DNA from: a virus
Direction: 5' to 3' (one strand)
Virus record (IMG/VR): IMGVR_UViG_3300011986_000206
DNA length: 64,000 bases
Shown here piece after piece: positions 31,269 to 41,475 of the stretch. Under the pieces are notes generated by a model that was given only the letters and a program-made list of their open reading frames with translations, had not been told where the DNA came from and searched no databases. Every line of letters starts with the position of its first letter. The stretch's first letter is position 1. Both the position numbers and the translations under genes were made by a program.

Positions 31269-31739
31269 TTAATAATCTTCTAAGTATCTTACCTTTTCCA
31301 AATCCGTTATAGTCATAGAATATGTACGGTGAGCTAAGTCCTCATGTAAAATGTTACCATCGTGTAAAGATGGAATATCTACCTCTAAAGCAACAGATAT
31401 GGAAGCGCTACGGTGGCCTCTGCTTAAATTTGTTGGAAGGAAACTAGTTTCTCTATAAAAGTGAGCAACTATTTGAATATTGTATTCATCAGACTGGTAT
31501 TCAAACCATTTAGAAGAATTATCAGATTTTAAGAAACTTTCAAAATCAACATTGATTTGATTTTGAAAATCTTTATTCAAACCATAGTAACTAGAAAATG
31601 TATTTGAATAGTTGAATAGCCATTTGAGAAATTTCTTGAAAATATAAATCTTTGTCTTCTCTTCTGCAAATGCTACATAAGTTTCACCATGATAAAACTC
31701 CTTAAAGGTGATTATTTTTGTGTTCTTTTTTAATTCCAT
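31269..31739 (-). CDS. hypothetical protein
   Basis: consensus promoter 31774-31802. Confidence 0.75.
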   Translation of the reverse strand: MELKKNTKIITFKEFYHGETYVAFAEEKTKIYIFKKFLKWLFNYSNTFSSYYGLNKDFQNQINVDFESFLKSDNSSKWFEYQSDEYNIQIVAHFYRETSFLPTNLSRGHRSASISVALEVDIPSLHDGNILHEDLAHRTYSMTITDLEKVRYLEDY

Positions 31740-31972
31740 AATTATATCACTTTCTACTTAAGAATATATAAGTATTATATTTTAATAGTTGTTAAATGTC
31801 AACAATAAAAAACTTTCTTTATTTAATTATAACATAAAAAGATGAATAATAGATTTAAATAGACAATATATTTATAAAAATATATTTTAAAAGTTAAACT
31901 TAAAATCAATTTCAGTATGCAAATACAAAGTTATTTACATAATTTTTTATTAAAAATAGCTATTTTTGTAAA

Positions 31973-32021
31973 AAACGTAATATTGTTCATAATTAGTGTT
32001 TTTATCCTAGGAATTTGATTT
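31973..32021. repeat. 49-bp intergenic direct repeat, copy 2
   Basis: matches 25859-25907 with weaker similarity for a further 45 bp upstream. Confidence 0.85.
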
Positions 32022-32109
32022 CCATAATTATTAGATTTTTAAATTTCTTTAAAATTTTTATTTTATAAATAATTTTATTTTTTATTTCTTTAAATTTTTT
32101 AAATAACTG

Positions 32110-32169
32110 TTGACAATCTATTTTAAATGTTGTATAATTTAATCATAAAGAGAAAGAGAGAAACAAAAA
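32110..32169 (+). promoter_or_regulatory. consensus promoter with CATAAAGAGAAAGAGAGA leader
   Basis: -35 32110-32115, N17, -10 32133-32138. Confidence 0.85.
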
Positions 32170-32976
32170 ATGAAACTAACTAAAGAACAAAAAAAAGAAA
32201 TCAAAAATCAAATCAAAAAAGAAAAAGCTCCTAAAGTTCTTAATTTTGAAAAAGAAATTACTCTTAAGAAAAATGAAAATCTTACAATTGGACAAATCCA
32301 AGAAAAAGTAGAAATTAGTAAGAAACTTAATAAAAACTTTATTAAAGATGAAAATCTACGTTTTAACTTCCGTTTAGCAGAAATGAAGAAAGAGAAGTTG
32401 ATTGAAATCAAAAACGAACTAAATCAAAAATTTAATATTAGTTTGACAGATAAAATTATCTCAACTCTATCTGCTCATACAAAAGATGAAAAACAACTAG
32501 TTAAACTTGCTGAACAACTTATTAATATTCTTATTATTGATGATATGAAAATTAGTAACATTAATAAAATCAAAAAAATTTCATCTTATGAAGTTTGGAA
32601 AAATGCTCATAAACTTTGGAAAGAACATAAGAACTCTATTCCAAAAAATGAAAAGAAAATGAATTTTAAAGATTTTGTTCTCCAAAACAAACATCTTACT
32701 CTAAAAGAGGCAAAAGAACAATTTTCTACTTATGAAAAAGCTTTTAAATCTAAAGAAATTTCTTTTGAAGATTTTGAAGAAAAAGCTTTTAAAGAAGCTT
32801 ATGTAGAAATTTTCCAAGAATTTACTAATGAACCAGAAAGTCTTTTTAACATCTTCCACAAACTTGTTTTTCCTGTAAAAGGAGTGACTAACAATAAAGA
32901 ATATGGAAAATGTTTTGAAAAAATGAAGGTCCAATCATTTTCAATTTTAAAAGCTTTTTCTAAAATTAAAAATTAA
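32170..32976 (+). CDS. Lys/Glu-rich hypothetical protein
   Basis: 268-aa ORF with promoter and terminator. Confidence 0.8.
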   Translation: MKLTKEQKKEIKNQIKKEKAPKVLNFEKEITLKKNENLTIGQIQEKVEISKKLNKNFIKDENLRFNFRLAEMKKEKLIEIKNELNQKFNISLTDKIISTLSAHTKDEKQLVKLAEQLINILIIDDMKISNINKIKKISSYEVWKNAHKLWKEHKNSIPKNEKKMNFKDFVLQNKHLTLKEAKEQFSTYEKAFKSKEISFEDFEEKAFKEAYVEIFQEFTNEPESLFNIFHKLVFPVKGVTNNKEYGKCFEKMKVQSFSILKAFSKIKN

Positions 32977-33090
32977 AAGAATAGTTAATTAAAACTATTC
33001 TTTTTTATTTAATTTAAACTATTAAACCTATTGACAAATTATTTCTAATGCTGTATAATAGATATATAAATAAAATGAGGGTAATTAATT

Positions 33091-33594
33091 ATGGGTAAAT
33101 TTCAATTTTCAACAGTGGAAAATAAAGTTGCAAAAAAAGATTTCTCTATGCTTATTCCAAAAGAAGCAATTCAATTCTTTGGTTCTCCTTATCTTAAATT
33201 TAAAAAATCAGATGATTTTGGTAGATTTGAACTTGAAGATGAAAAGAAATTTATTGATGTCTATATGTTAGCAGGAGTAATTTATTACTATTTTCAAAAT
33301 AATGAATTTCCAAATTTAACTTTTGAGGATCTTAAATTTACCAAACAAGAAATTAAAGATTATTATAATCTTCCAAATTATAAAGAGTTGAACGAATTAA
33401 GAACTATTGCAATCAATAAAGAATTTGATAATGAATTTATTGATAGTCAAAGAAACTATACTACTGATAAAACTCCAATTAAATTAATCTTATCAGAAAA
33501 TTCAGACCTCTATAATTATGAAAATCGTAAATTTGGTTCTGCGTCTATTCAATTTGGAGGTAAACCATTTATTCGTGAAATTTATTCTTTTTAA
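33091..33594 (+). CDS. hypothetical protein
   Basis: consensus promoter 33031-33059, GAGGG RBS. Confidence 0.8.
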   Translation: MGKFQFSTVENKVAKKDFSMLIPKEAIQFFGSPYLKFKKSDDFGRFELEDEKKFIDVYMLAGVIYYYFQNNEFPNLTFEDLKFTKQEIKDYYNLPNYKELNELRTIAINKEFDNEFIDSQRNYTTDKTPIKLILSENSDLYNYENRKFGSASIQFGGKPFIREIYSF

Positions 33595-33669
33595 TAGTTG
33601 AAATTAAAATAGACTATTTAAAAGATTTATAATTACAACATTTAAATATTTAATAGAAAGAAATTAAAA

Positions 33670-34101
33670 ATGAATAAAGAACAGAAGAAGTTATATAAAA
33701 GTCTTTTGTTTAAATATAAATTTGATAAAAAACAAAAAGAACAAATTGAATATGGAATTAAATTTAATTTAGAAGTGAAATGGTATGCTAATCCCAAATT
33801 TACTTTTGAACAAATGGGAGAAATCAGACGAGGTCTTGAGTTGGGACTAGATGTCTCATGGTATGCTAAACCTGAATTTGATGCTAACCAAATGTATGCA
33901 ATTCGTGTTGGTTTAATGAAAGATTTAGAAGTGAAATGGTATGCTAAATCTGAACTCAATTCTAATCAAATGAAAGAAATTGCTTATTGGTTAGAAAAAG
34001 GTTTTAATGTAAGTGATTATGCACATCTTACTTTTGAAGAAATGAAAGATTATCTATATTGCATTGATTCTGCATATTATAAAAATAAGTCCTTTACATA
34101 A
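33670..34101 (+). CDS. 26-aa helical repeat protein
   Basis: LDVSWYAKPEFDANQM repeats. Confidence 0.85.
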   Translation: MNKEQKKLYKSLLFKYKFDKKQKEQIEYGIKFNLEVKWYANPKFTFEQMGEIRRGLELGLDVSWYAKPEFDANQMYAIRVGLMKDLEVKWYAKSELNSNQMKEIAYWLEKGFNVSDYAHLTFEEMKDYLYCIDSAYYKNKSFT

Positions 34102-34139
34102 AAAAATATTTACATTTAATAAAGTAGAAAGATAATATT

Positions 34140-34466
34140 ATGAATAAAGAACAAATTGAAAAAATTATTGAAAATCTATCTAAAGAGGGCTATCATCTTG
34201 TAAATAAAACAATTAAAGATGATTTAATTAAACTTGATTTTGGTGATTGTAAATTTAGTTTTAATTTCAAAAATGAACATCTAGTAATTGAAGTTGTAAC
34301 TCCACTTGATTATAGAATGTCATTTGACCAAGAAAATGTAAACTTCTTAAATTCTATTACAGATTATTGGGAAATCTATAAACATTGGATTACTTTTAAT
34401 TTCACACCAAAAAATGAACAAGAACTAGAAGCAACATTAAAAGAATTGCTTGAAAGCTATAACTAA
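34140..34466 (+). CDS. hypothetical protein
   Basis: 108-aa ORF. Confidence 0.7.
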   Translation: MNKEQIEKIIENLSKEGYHLVNKTIKDDLIKLDFGDCKFSFNFKNEHLVIEVVTPLDYRMSFDQENVNFLNSITDYWEIYKHWITFNFTPKNEQELEATLKELLESYN

Positions 34467-34489
34467 ATCTAAATAGAAAGAAAATTATT

Positions 34490-34630
34490 ATGAATAAAGA
34501 TTTATTTAAGAAATTTATGAGTCAAGCTGTCCAAAAAGGATTTGCATATAATTTAAGCTCAGAAAATTTGAAAAATGCTAAAACGTATAAGGAAATGTCT
34601 CAATCTAACAAACCTTCTCAAAAAGATTAA
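34490..34630 (+). CDS. small hypothetical protein (46 aa, not in ORF track)
   Basis: MNKDLFKKFMSQAVQKG..., same AGAAAG RBS as neighbours. Confidence 0.55.
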   Translation: MNKDLFKKFMSQAVQKGFAYNLSSENLKNAKTYKEMSQSNKPSQKD

Positions 34631-34649
34631 TCAAAGAAAGGATTTTGAA

Positions 34650-34955
34650 ATGAATCTAGGAGAAACATTACTTTTACAAGTAAAAATTGTAGAACGGATT
34701 AATAGAATAAATGATACTCTTTATGGATTAGAATTGCCTAATGGAAAAATTATTCATATAAAAGAAAAATATTTACATACTAATGAAAATACTACAAATA
34801 AAAGTCTAAAAGAACAATTGAAAGAATATAAAACTCAATATTATGAAAGTAAAGAAAAACAAAGGTTGGGATTATCTTTAGAGCAAGCAAAAGAATTTGA
34901 GAGACAATTTAAGGGTGACCAAGAACTATTTGAATCCGGTTGGGGTACTTATTAA
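34650..34955 (+). CDS. hypothetical protein
   Basis: AAGGGA RBS before ATG 34650. Confidence 0.7.
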   Translation: MNLGETLLLQVKIVERINRINDTLYGLELPNGKIIHIKEKYLHTNENTTNKSLKEQLKEYKTQYYESKEKQRLGLSLEQAKEFERQFKGDQELFESGWGTY

Positions 34956-35180
34956 AATAAATTATAATTGAAATAGCTATATAACTATAGCTTTTTCTTT
35001 GAAACTGAAAATAATTATATTTAATTATTGATAAGCAATAATAATTATTATCTATAATAAATCAAATTAAAGAAACTATAAAACTCTAAAAAATTACTTA
35101 TAAGTTTAAATCTCTTCCTCTTAACTTCTCACTAAATATAATAAATAATTAAAAAATAAAATTTGATTGGAATTAATAAG

Positions 35181-35606
35181 ATGTCAAAACTAGTTAATAT
35201 GCAAACAATAACTATTTATAGATATGGAGAAATTCATGAAGAAAATCATTTTGTTTTAAATAATCCAACAAGTAACTATAAAATTGTTAGCATTAAAAAA
35301 GATAGATACTGTAATGGTTGTTCTAAACTTATTAAAGCAAAAAGTAAATGCTATACAATAAATCCTAAAAATAAAGGACGTATGTGGATTTGCTTTGAAT
35401 GTATGCCAGAATCTGGAACAAAAGAAGAATATAAAATTGGTGAGAGAATTGGTGAAGAAAATATTTTATATTCAGATGAAATAGATGATTGGGGTCGCCA
35501 TAAAACCTATCATGAATGTACTGAAGATGAAAAAGAATATTTTGAAGATGTTTCAGAACAAAAACTTCATGAATGGGCATTGTCAGAAGCATTAAATGAT
35601 TTTTAA
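35181..35606 (+). CDS. zinc-finger protein, paralog of 42093..42500
   Basis: IKKDRxCxxC...WxCFxC. Confidence 0.75.
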   Translation: MSKLVNMQTITIYRYGEIHEENHFVLNNPTSNYKIVSIKKDRYCNGCSKLIKAKSKCYTINPKNKGRMWICFECMPESGTKEEYKIGERIGEENILYSDEIDDWGRHKTYHECTEDEKEYFEDVSEQKLHEWALSEALNDF

Positions 35607-35722
35607 AAAATCTATTGTTATTATATAGTTATTTTCTTTTTTACTAATTACTCTCAATTATTGATTTCTAATATAATTTATAATAAAATATAACTATAAA
35701 TAAACTAAAATGAGGAATTACT

Positions 35723-36025
35723 ATGACTATACCAACAGACATTCAAACAGATTTGAACAAAATGGAATCACTTATGAAGGAATGTCAAAAACATATTGAA
35801 TCTTTAGAACTTAATAAAGCTAAAGAAAAGAACCAAGAAATCTTTAATATTATTAATAAAGTGATTGAATGGAGTTCAAATAACGGCCACGAAGCTAAAG
35901 TGACATCTCTTGAAAAAATGCAACAAGAAACATTTTCTTTCTTTGATACTATTATCAAATTGCTAGAAAACAATGCTACTGTTGATGAAGCAAAAGAGAA
36001 ACTTAAAGAAGCAGGTATTGTTTAA
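35723..36025 (+). CDS. helical hypothetical protein
   Basis: GAGGA RBS, terminator downstream. Confidence 0.75.
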   Translation: MTIPTDIQTDLNKMESLMKECQKHIESLELNKAKEKNQEIFNIINKVIEWSSNNGHEAKVTSLEKMQQETFSFFDTIIKLLENNATVDEAKEKLKEAGIV

Positions 36026-36131
36026 TCTGAAAAAAGCTATATAAATATAGCTTTTTTTATTGAAAAGAAAATTATATTTATGATATTTTTTACAAAGATA
36101 AAATAATTTACTAAAACTAAGGAGAATATAA

Positions 36132-36536
36132 ATGTCTTATCATATTAAAAAAGATGGAACTCCAGATATATGTAGAGCTAAACCAGGAAATTGCCTTCTT
36201 GGAGGGGATGAAAATCATTTTCCAACAATAGAAGAAGCGCAAATTTATGCTGATAAATTGAATGAAGAACAAATTTTAGAAGAATATAAAAATAATTTTT
36301 TAAGAAATTTTGATAATAAATTTAAAGAATATAGAAATAAAGCCATTGAAGAGAATCAAGATAAAATAATTAAATTAAAAGAAAAATTAAACTTAGAGGA
36401 ATTGCCAGAGTTTTTAATTGATGAAATTATAACAGGTAGTCATGAATATCATCATAAAAAATTAATAAATGAATCAATTCAAAGAACTCATGAAGGATTA
36501 ATGAAATCAATTCCAAAGATAAAAAGACCAAAATAA
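36132..36536 (+). CDS. hypothetical protein with His/Cys N-terminal module shared with 9360..10169
   Basis: about 43-aa shared N-terminus, unrelated C-terminus. Confidence 0.8.
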   Translation: MSYHIKKDGTPDICRAKPGNCLLGGDENHFPTIEEAQIYADKLNEEQILEEYKNNFLRNFDNKFKEYRNKAIEENQDKIIKLKEKLNLEELPEFLIDEIITGSHEYHHKKLINESIQRTHEGLMKSIPKIKRPK

Positions 36537-36591
36537 ATCTTTAATAAATTAAAATATAATAAAAAAGAATAGTTGAAACTATTCTTTTTTA

Positions 36592-37086
36592 TTAACAAAA
36601 ATCTAAACTACTTAAAATTGAAATTGTTTTCTCACTAAAATCTTTATAAGGATTACTCATGTCTGTTAATGGTCTATCCAAAATTTTAATAATCATAATA
36701 TTATTAACTTCTTCTATTAACTTATTTACTAATTTTAAATCATATATTAAACTAATTAATAAATTATCAATATCTTTATTATTTACTATATTAGAATAGT
36801 TAATATTTAAAATTGATGAAAATCTAAATGTCTTTCCATTAATTTCAATTGTTTGAACTTCATTATGTTTTATTATATTACTATCTTCTAGTGCTTCCAA
36901 AAATTTATTAAAAGTTTCTATATCTTGAATATTTTTATTATCACTATAATATTTAAATATTAAACTTAAATATTTTAGAATAAGTTCTTTCTTATTTTTA
37001 AATTTTTCTTTTTTAATTTCATTATTAAATTTATCTAATAATTTATCTTTTCTAAGCACTAAATTAAATTTAATCAATTCTTTCAA
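36592..37086 (-). CDS. hypothetical protein
   Basis: TTG start with AAGGAG RBS. Confidence 0.65.
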   Translation of the reverse strand: MKELIKFNLVLRKDKLLDKFNNEIKKEKFKNKKELILKYLSLIFKYYSDNKNIQDIETFNKFLEALEDSNIIKHNEVQTIEINGKTFRFSSILNINYSNIVNNKDIDNLLISLIYDLKLVNKLIEEVNNIMIIKILDRPLTDMSNPYKDFSEKTISILSSLDFC

Positions 37087-37156
37087 ATATTAGCTCCTTT
37101 AAAATATAATAAGAATATAATATAATACTTGTTCTTAGAATACTATTTAAACTGTA

Positions 37157-37238
37157 TAGGATGCTGTCCAATCGTTTTAAATTACATTTTAATATAAATA
37201 TACTATCAATCATTTAAAATTGAATCCAGAGCTTCCTA
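37157..37238. repeat. 82-bp inverted-repeat element, copy C
   Basis: TAGGATGCTGT (2 mismatches)-60 nt-AGAGCTTCCTA. Confidence 0.88.
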
Positions 37239-37306
37239 TATAGATATAAAAATTGTAAAATTTAATAAGTATATTTAAAATTATTCTATGAAAAATAATT
37301 AATATA

Positions 37307-37657
37307 TTAGATATAAATAGTTATTCCTTTAAATTTTGATACAGTAACATTGTAAGTGAAAATATTACTTCCACCATTTCGTGCAACAGCTTCATGATAA
37401 CCACCCATGTGAGCATCCATATAACTTTCTCTCTGTTCTTGATGTCTATCATATTTAAATTCAAAGTTAATGTTTTCTTTTTTAAGATACTCTGTAATTG
37501 TTCTTGTTGTTTCATCATTATCATTCTCTAAAGGCAGAAAAATTGTTGTTAAACCTCTAGAGGCCGCACTAAGAATTTCATTTTTTAAATTCATAATTAA
37601 AGTATTATTGTTCTTTGCATGTTGTTTAGCTAAATTAATTTCATCAAGAAAACTCAT
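37307..37657 (-). CDS. hypothetical protein
   Basis: GAGGT RBS. Confidence 0.75.
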   Translation of the reverse strand: MSFLDEINLAKQHAKNNNTLIMNLKNEILSAASRGLTTIFLPLENDNDETTRTITEYLKKENINFEFKYDRHQEQRESYMDAHMGGYHEAVARNGGSNIFTYNVTVSKFKGITIYI

Positions 37658-37782
37658 TGTTTTTACCTCTTTTTATTATTATATAATTATTATATAAAAT
37701 ATTAGAATAAAAATCAAAAAATATTATTTTTTATCTTTTTCTAATTTCTACTATTTCACCTCTTAAAATAAATCATTAATAA

Positions 37783-38343
37783 TCATTTTAAGTTTTCTAA
37801 AATATGATTTAAAATATAATCTTTATTATCTGATTTTACTCCAAAGAAACTCCAATTAAACATACCTAAAATATGAAAGTCTTTTATTGATTCATCAAAT
37901 CTCTTTTTAATATATTTATTCTCATATGAAGTTTCTTTAAATTCAACTTCATTAAAATATTTTACTGAAGAAGAATAATCAGAAATATATGAATTTGAAG
38001 TTATGTTCATATATATTTTTTCTTTTTTAGGAATAAAAAATTCTGATAATAATGGGCCATTTTCATTTACTTCTAAATTTTTATAATTAAATAATTTTTG
38101 AATATCTTCTAATGAAGTTTCTTTTACTATATGCAAAGGAGCAATTGCTTCAATCGGAATCTCTATTTTAGGATATTTATTCTTTACTAAATAAGCATTT
38201 GTTAAAGAGTCTTCAAGATAATACTCAAAATAATATTTATCATCTTCTGTTTTTAAAATATTTAATAGGGGACCTTCTGAACCAGCTATTCCACCTAAAT
38301 AAAATATATTTACAACTTTTGTAATCTTTTTAAAGTTAATCAT
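37783..38343 (-). CDS. hypothetical protein
   Basis: 186-aa ORF. Confidence 0.7.
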   Translation of the reverse strand: MINFKKITKVVNIFYLGGIAGSEGPLLNILKTEDDKYYFEYYLEDSLTNAYLVKNKYPKIEIPIEAIAPLHIVKETSLEDIQKLFNYKNLEVNENGPLLSEFFIPKKEKIYMNITSNSYISDYSSSVKYFNEVEFKETSYENKYIKKRFDESIKDFHILGMFNWSFFGVKSDNKDYILNHILENLK

Positions 38344-38382
38344 TTAAATTCCTTTTATAAAATAGTTTTTATACAGCTTCCA

Positions 38383-38478
38383 GACTTCATAGGAAGCTCT
38401 GGAATCATTTTTAAGTAAAGGATAGTATAATTATATCAAAACATAATTAAAAGCTCGTGGAGAGCTTCCTATGAAGTC
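38383..38478. repeat. 82-bp inverted-repeat element, copy D (opposite orientation, arms extended to 18 bp)
   Basis: GACTTCATAGGAAGCTCT-60 nt-AGAGCTTCCTATGAAGTC. Confidence 0.9.
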
Positions 38479-38522
38479 CTATCACATAAAATAAATCTTG
38501 TTTATCTTTTCCCAATTAATAT

Positions 38523-38837
38523 TTAAATTTCTTTAGTAAAAAGCATATAATCTTTAACTAATTTTGTTTTTCTTGTTTTTTCATTTGTCCAATAATCAGG
38601 AAATGAATTTATTTCATTTAAAGAATTATGTAAATTAACAATCTTATCTAATATTTCATAAGATGAAACCATTAATGTTAATTTGTTTTCTTTTAAAGTT
38701 TCTAATATATTGGTTGTAATCTTTAATTTATTTTCATTAGAGTCTTCTTCAGAAAGTAAATCAAGACAATCACTTATTGTTTTATTTATTTCTTTAACTT
38801 TAATATTAAGAAATTCATTTTTTGTTACAAATTTCAT
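38523..38837 (-). CDS. hypothetical protein
   Basis: 104-aa ORF. Confidence 0.65.
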   Translation of the reverse strand: MKFVTKNEFLNIKVKEINKTISDCLDLLSEEDSNENKLKITTNILETLKENKLTLMVSSYEILDKIVNLHNSLNEINSFPDYWTNEKTRKTKLVKDYMLFTKEI

Positions 38838-39079
38838 ATATTTTCCCTAATTTTATTTTTTCTAATTTTATTCATTTTTTATAGTTAAATTTAGGCTTTG
38901 TATGAGAAGAAACATCTAATCTCTTCCAATAATAAAACAATTAATTTCATTGTTTTAGCTTTTATTTTATTGTATAATATTTTTTGAAGATTATCAATAT
39001 AAATAAAAACTTAAATAAATATATTTAAAAGATTTAAATTAAAATAAAAATAGAAGTAGAAATTCTACTTCTATTATTT

Positions 39080-39280
39080 TTAATCTTCACTTACAGAAAT
39101 TTCAAGTGATGAACTTCCTGAATGAAATTCTAAATCTGCAAAACCTTCTTCTTGAGCAACTTCTTTTAGTTCATCAATTTGATAATCCATTCCAAAACTA
39201 GCTAAAAGTGCAATTGCTTCTACTGGAATAAATTTATCTAGAAGCTCAATGTCAGAAATACAATATTCTAGTTTTTCCAT
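39080..39280 (-). CDS. small acidic hypothetical protein
   Basis: ORF followed by terminator; 5' end uncertain. Confidence 0.55.
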   Translation of the reverse strand: MEKLEYCISDIELLDKFIPVEAIALLASFGMDYQIDELKEVAQEEGFADLEFHSGSSSLEISVSED

Positions 39281-39444
39281 TTCACCATCGTGTAAAAACT
39301 CAATTCTACATTATATTTCATTTATCTTATCCTCTTTCTTATTGTTTTTCTTTATATATTTATTATATAACATTATTTTATGTATATTAATAATGAAAAT
39401 TAAAATAATTCTGTATATATTATAAAGACGTTAAATTCTATCTG

Positions 39445-39699
39445 TTAATCAAACCAAACATAAGGATCAATCTCAATTTTTAAACTTTTACATAGTTTTG
39501 CAAAGTCTTTATAATCTTTTCCAAAAACATCTTCTACTAATTTTTCAGAACTGTCTCCATAAGCTTTTTTAGAAAGCTCAAGATAATCTACATTATCTGT
39601 TCTAACATCTTCAGCTTCAGAATAAAATCCATGTTTTTCTAGAAGTTTTGCAGTTGCTTCACGTTTTTGTTGTATTGTCATTCCTGTTGTTTTTACCAT
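39445..39699 (-). CDS. hypothetical protein
   Basis: AAGGA RBS. Confidence 0.7.
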   Translation of the reverse strand: MVKTTGMTIQQKREATAKLLEKHGFYSEAEDVRTDNVDYLELSKKAYGDSSEKLVEDVFGKDYKDFAKLCKSLKIEIDPYVWFD

Positions 39700-39744
39700 T
39701 TGTTCTATCCTTTAAATAAATTTTATTAACTAATTTAAAAATAT

Positions 39745-40401
39745 TTAATTCTTATCTTTGAGAGATTGTCTCATTTCTCTCATTAAACCCCATGGATATT
39801 CAGGATTTGCATAAATTTCTACATTCAAACCTTCCCTAAGTCCAATACGAATCTCTTGCATTTGTGAATCAGTAAATTCTTCTTTGGCATAAATTGATAC
39901 ATCTACACCTTCTTCTAGTCCTAATCGAATCTGTTGCATTTGCCAAAAATCAAATTCAACTTTAGCGTAAATTTCTACATTTAACCCTTCTTCTAGTCCT
40001 AATCGAATTTCTGCCATTTCATAATCGCCAAATTCAGGATTAGCATATAAGGAAACATTTAATCCTTTCTCTAAACCTAGAAGAATCTGTTCCATTTGGT
40101 CAGCAGTAAATTCAGTTGTTGCATAAATACTTGTATCTACTCGATTTTGTAGACCCCAGCGAATAACCATCATTTGGTCTTCATTAAATTCAGATTTAGC
40201 ATAAATTTCTACAGTAAGTTTATTTTCTAGCCCCTTACGAATCTCTCTCATTTGGTAAGCATTAAATGCAGGATTAGAATACCATGAAACATCTAAATCC
40301 TTTTTAATACCCTTAAGAATTTCTAATCTTTGACCAGATGAATATTCATGTTTTGAAATTAATTTATTGTATAGCTCTAAATCCTTTTCTTTTTTATTCA
40401 T
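39745..40401 (-). CDS. 26-aa helical repeat protein
   Basis: about 7 repeats; 78-bp DNA periodicity visible (39911 vs 39989). Confidence 0.9.
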   Translation of the reverse strand: MNKKEKDLELYNKLISKHEYSSGQRLEILKGIKKDLDVSWYSNPAFNAYQMREIRKGLENKLTVEIYAKSEFNEDQMMVIRWGLQNRVDTSIYATTEFTADQMEQILLGLEKGLNVSLYANPEFGDYEMAEIRLGLEEGLNVEIYAKVEFDFWQMQQIRLGLEEGVDVSIYAKEEFTDSQMQEIRIGLREGLNVEIYANPEYPWGLMREMRQSLKDKN

Positions 40402-40511
40402 TTTCTCTTTGCCCTCATATTGTTTTTCTTTATGATTTGATTGTATACTATTGTTTTATATTCATCAATAATAAAGATTTATAGTTTATAATTCATTTAT
40501 TTTATTTATTA

Positions 40512-40997
40512 TTAATATTCAAATTTTGTAGTGTCAGGAAAAAAAGTGTTGAAACAATCTAAATCATAACAATCCAATAAATCTTTTAATTTTGAATATA
40601 ATCTTTCTTGAGCAAATTGAATTGCCATACCTCGAGCAAAAATTTTCTTTTCAACATAAGTTCCTAATTTTTCATATTCTTCTTGTTGTAGTTTTCTATG
40701 AATATCTTTAAAATTCAACCAGTCTTCTTCTAAAATGCAATCCATTTCATAAGCAGAAACTTCTTCTAAGAATTTCATTTGTTCTTTTTCATTCAAAATT
40801 TCAATTAAAGGTTTATCTAAATAATCTTTCACATTAAAAATTCTTTCAATACAACATTGAATAATTAAGTTTTGATTCTTTTTATATGTAACAACTTCAT
40901 TCTGCTTATCTGGAATTTTAATAATTAATTTATTATCTTCTAGATTTAATTGAATATTATTTTCTTTTAAGTATTCTTCTAGTTCTTTATTTTCCAT
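40512..40997 (-). CDS. hypothetical protein
   Basis: GAGGT RBS. Confidence 0.75.
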   Translation of the reverse strand: MENKELEEYLKENNIQLNLEDNKLIIKIPDKQNEVVTYKKNQNLIIQCCIERIFNVKDYLDKPLIEILNEKEQMKFLEEVSAYEMDCILEEDWLNFKDIHRKLQQEEYEKLGTYVEKKIFARGMAIQFAQERLYSKLKDLLDCYDLDCFNTFFPDTTKFEY

Positions 40998-41013
40998 TCT
41001 TGTTAACCTCTTG

Positions 41014-41475
41014 TTATTTTTTGAATAAATTTTTAATTTTAATTAAGAAACTAGGTTTAAATGTCCCAGTTTGCAAAGAAAAATAAATTTTTTCCATTTG
41101 TTTTAATGTATATTTTTGGTTAGCATACAAACCTACATCTAAACCTTCTTTGAGACCCGTGCGAATTAATTCCATTTGAAAATAATTAAAAGAGGATTTA
41201 GCATAAATAGAAACATCTAAATTTTCTTCTAACCCCCAAAGTATTTGTCTCATTTGTTCCCAGCCAAATTCAGGTTTAGCATAAATAGATACATTAAGAC
41301 CTTTTTCTAATCCCATTCTTATTGTTTGCATTTTTAACCAATGATATTCAGGTTTAGCGTACCATGACACATCTAAATTTTTTTGTAAACCTACCTCTAT
41401 TTGGAACTTTTGTTCTTTATTAAAATTGTATTTAGATACAAGTTCATTATAGATTAATTGTTGTTCTTTATTCAT
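41014..41475 (-). CDS. 26-aa helical repeat protein
   Basis: about 4 repeats. Confidence 0.88.
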   Translation of the reverse strand: MNKEQQLIYNELVSKYNFNKEQKFQIEVGLQKNLDVSWYAKPEYHWLKMQTIRMGLEKGLNVSIYAKPEFGWEQMRQILWGLEENLDVSIYAKSSFNYFQMELIRTGLKEGLDVGLYANQKYTLKQMEKIYFSLQTGTFKPSFLIKIKNLFKK

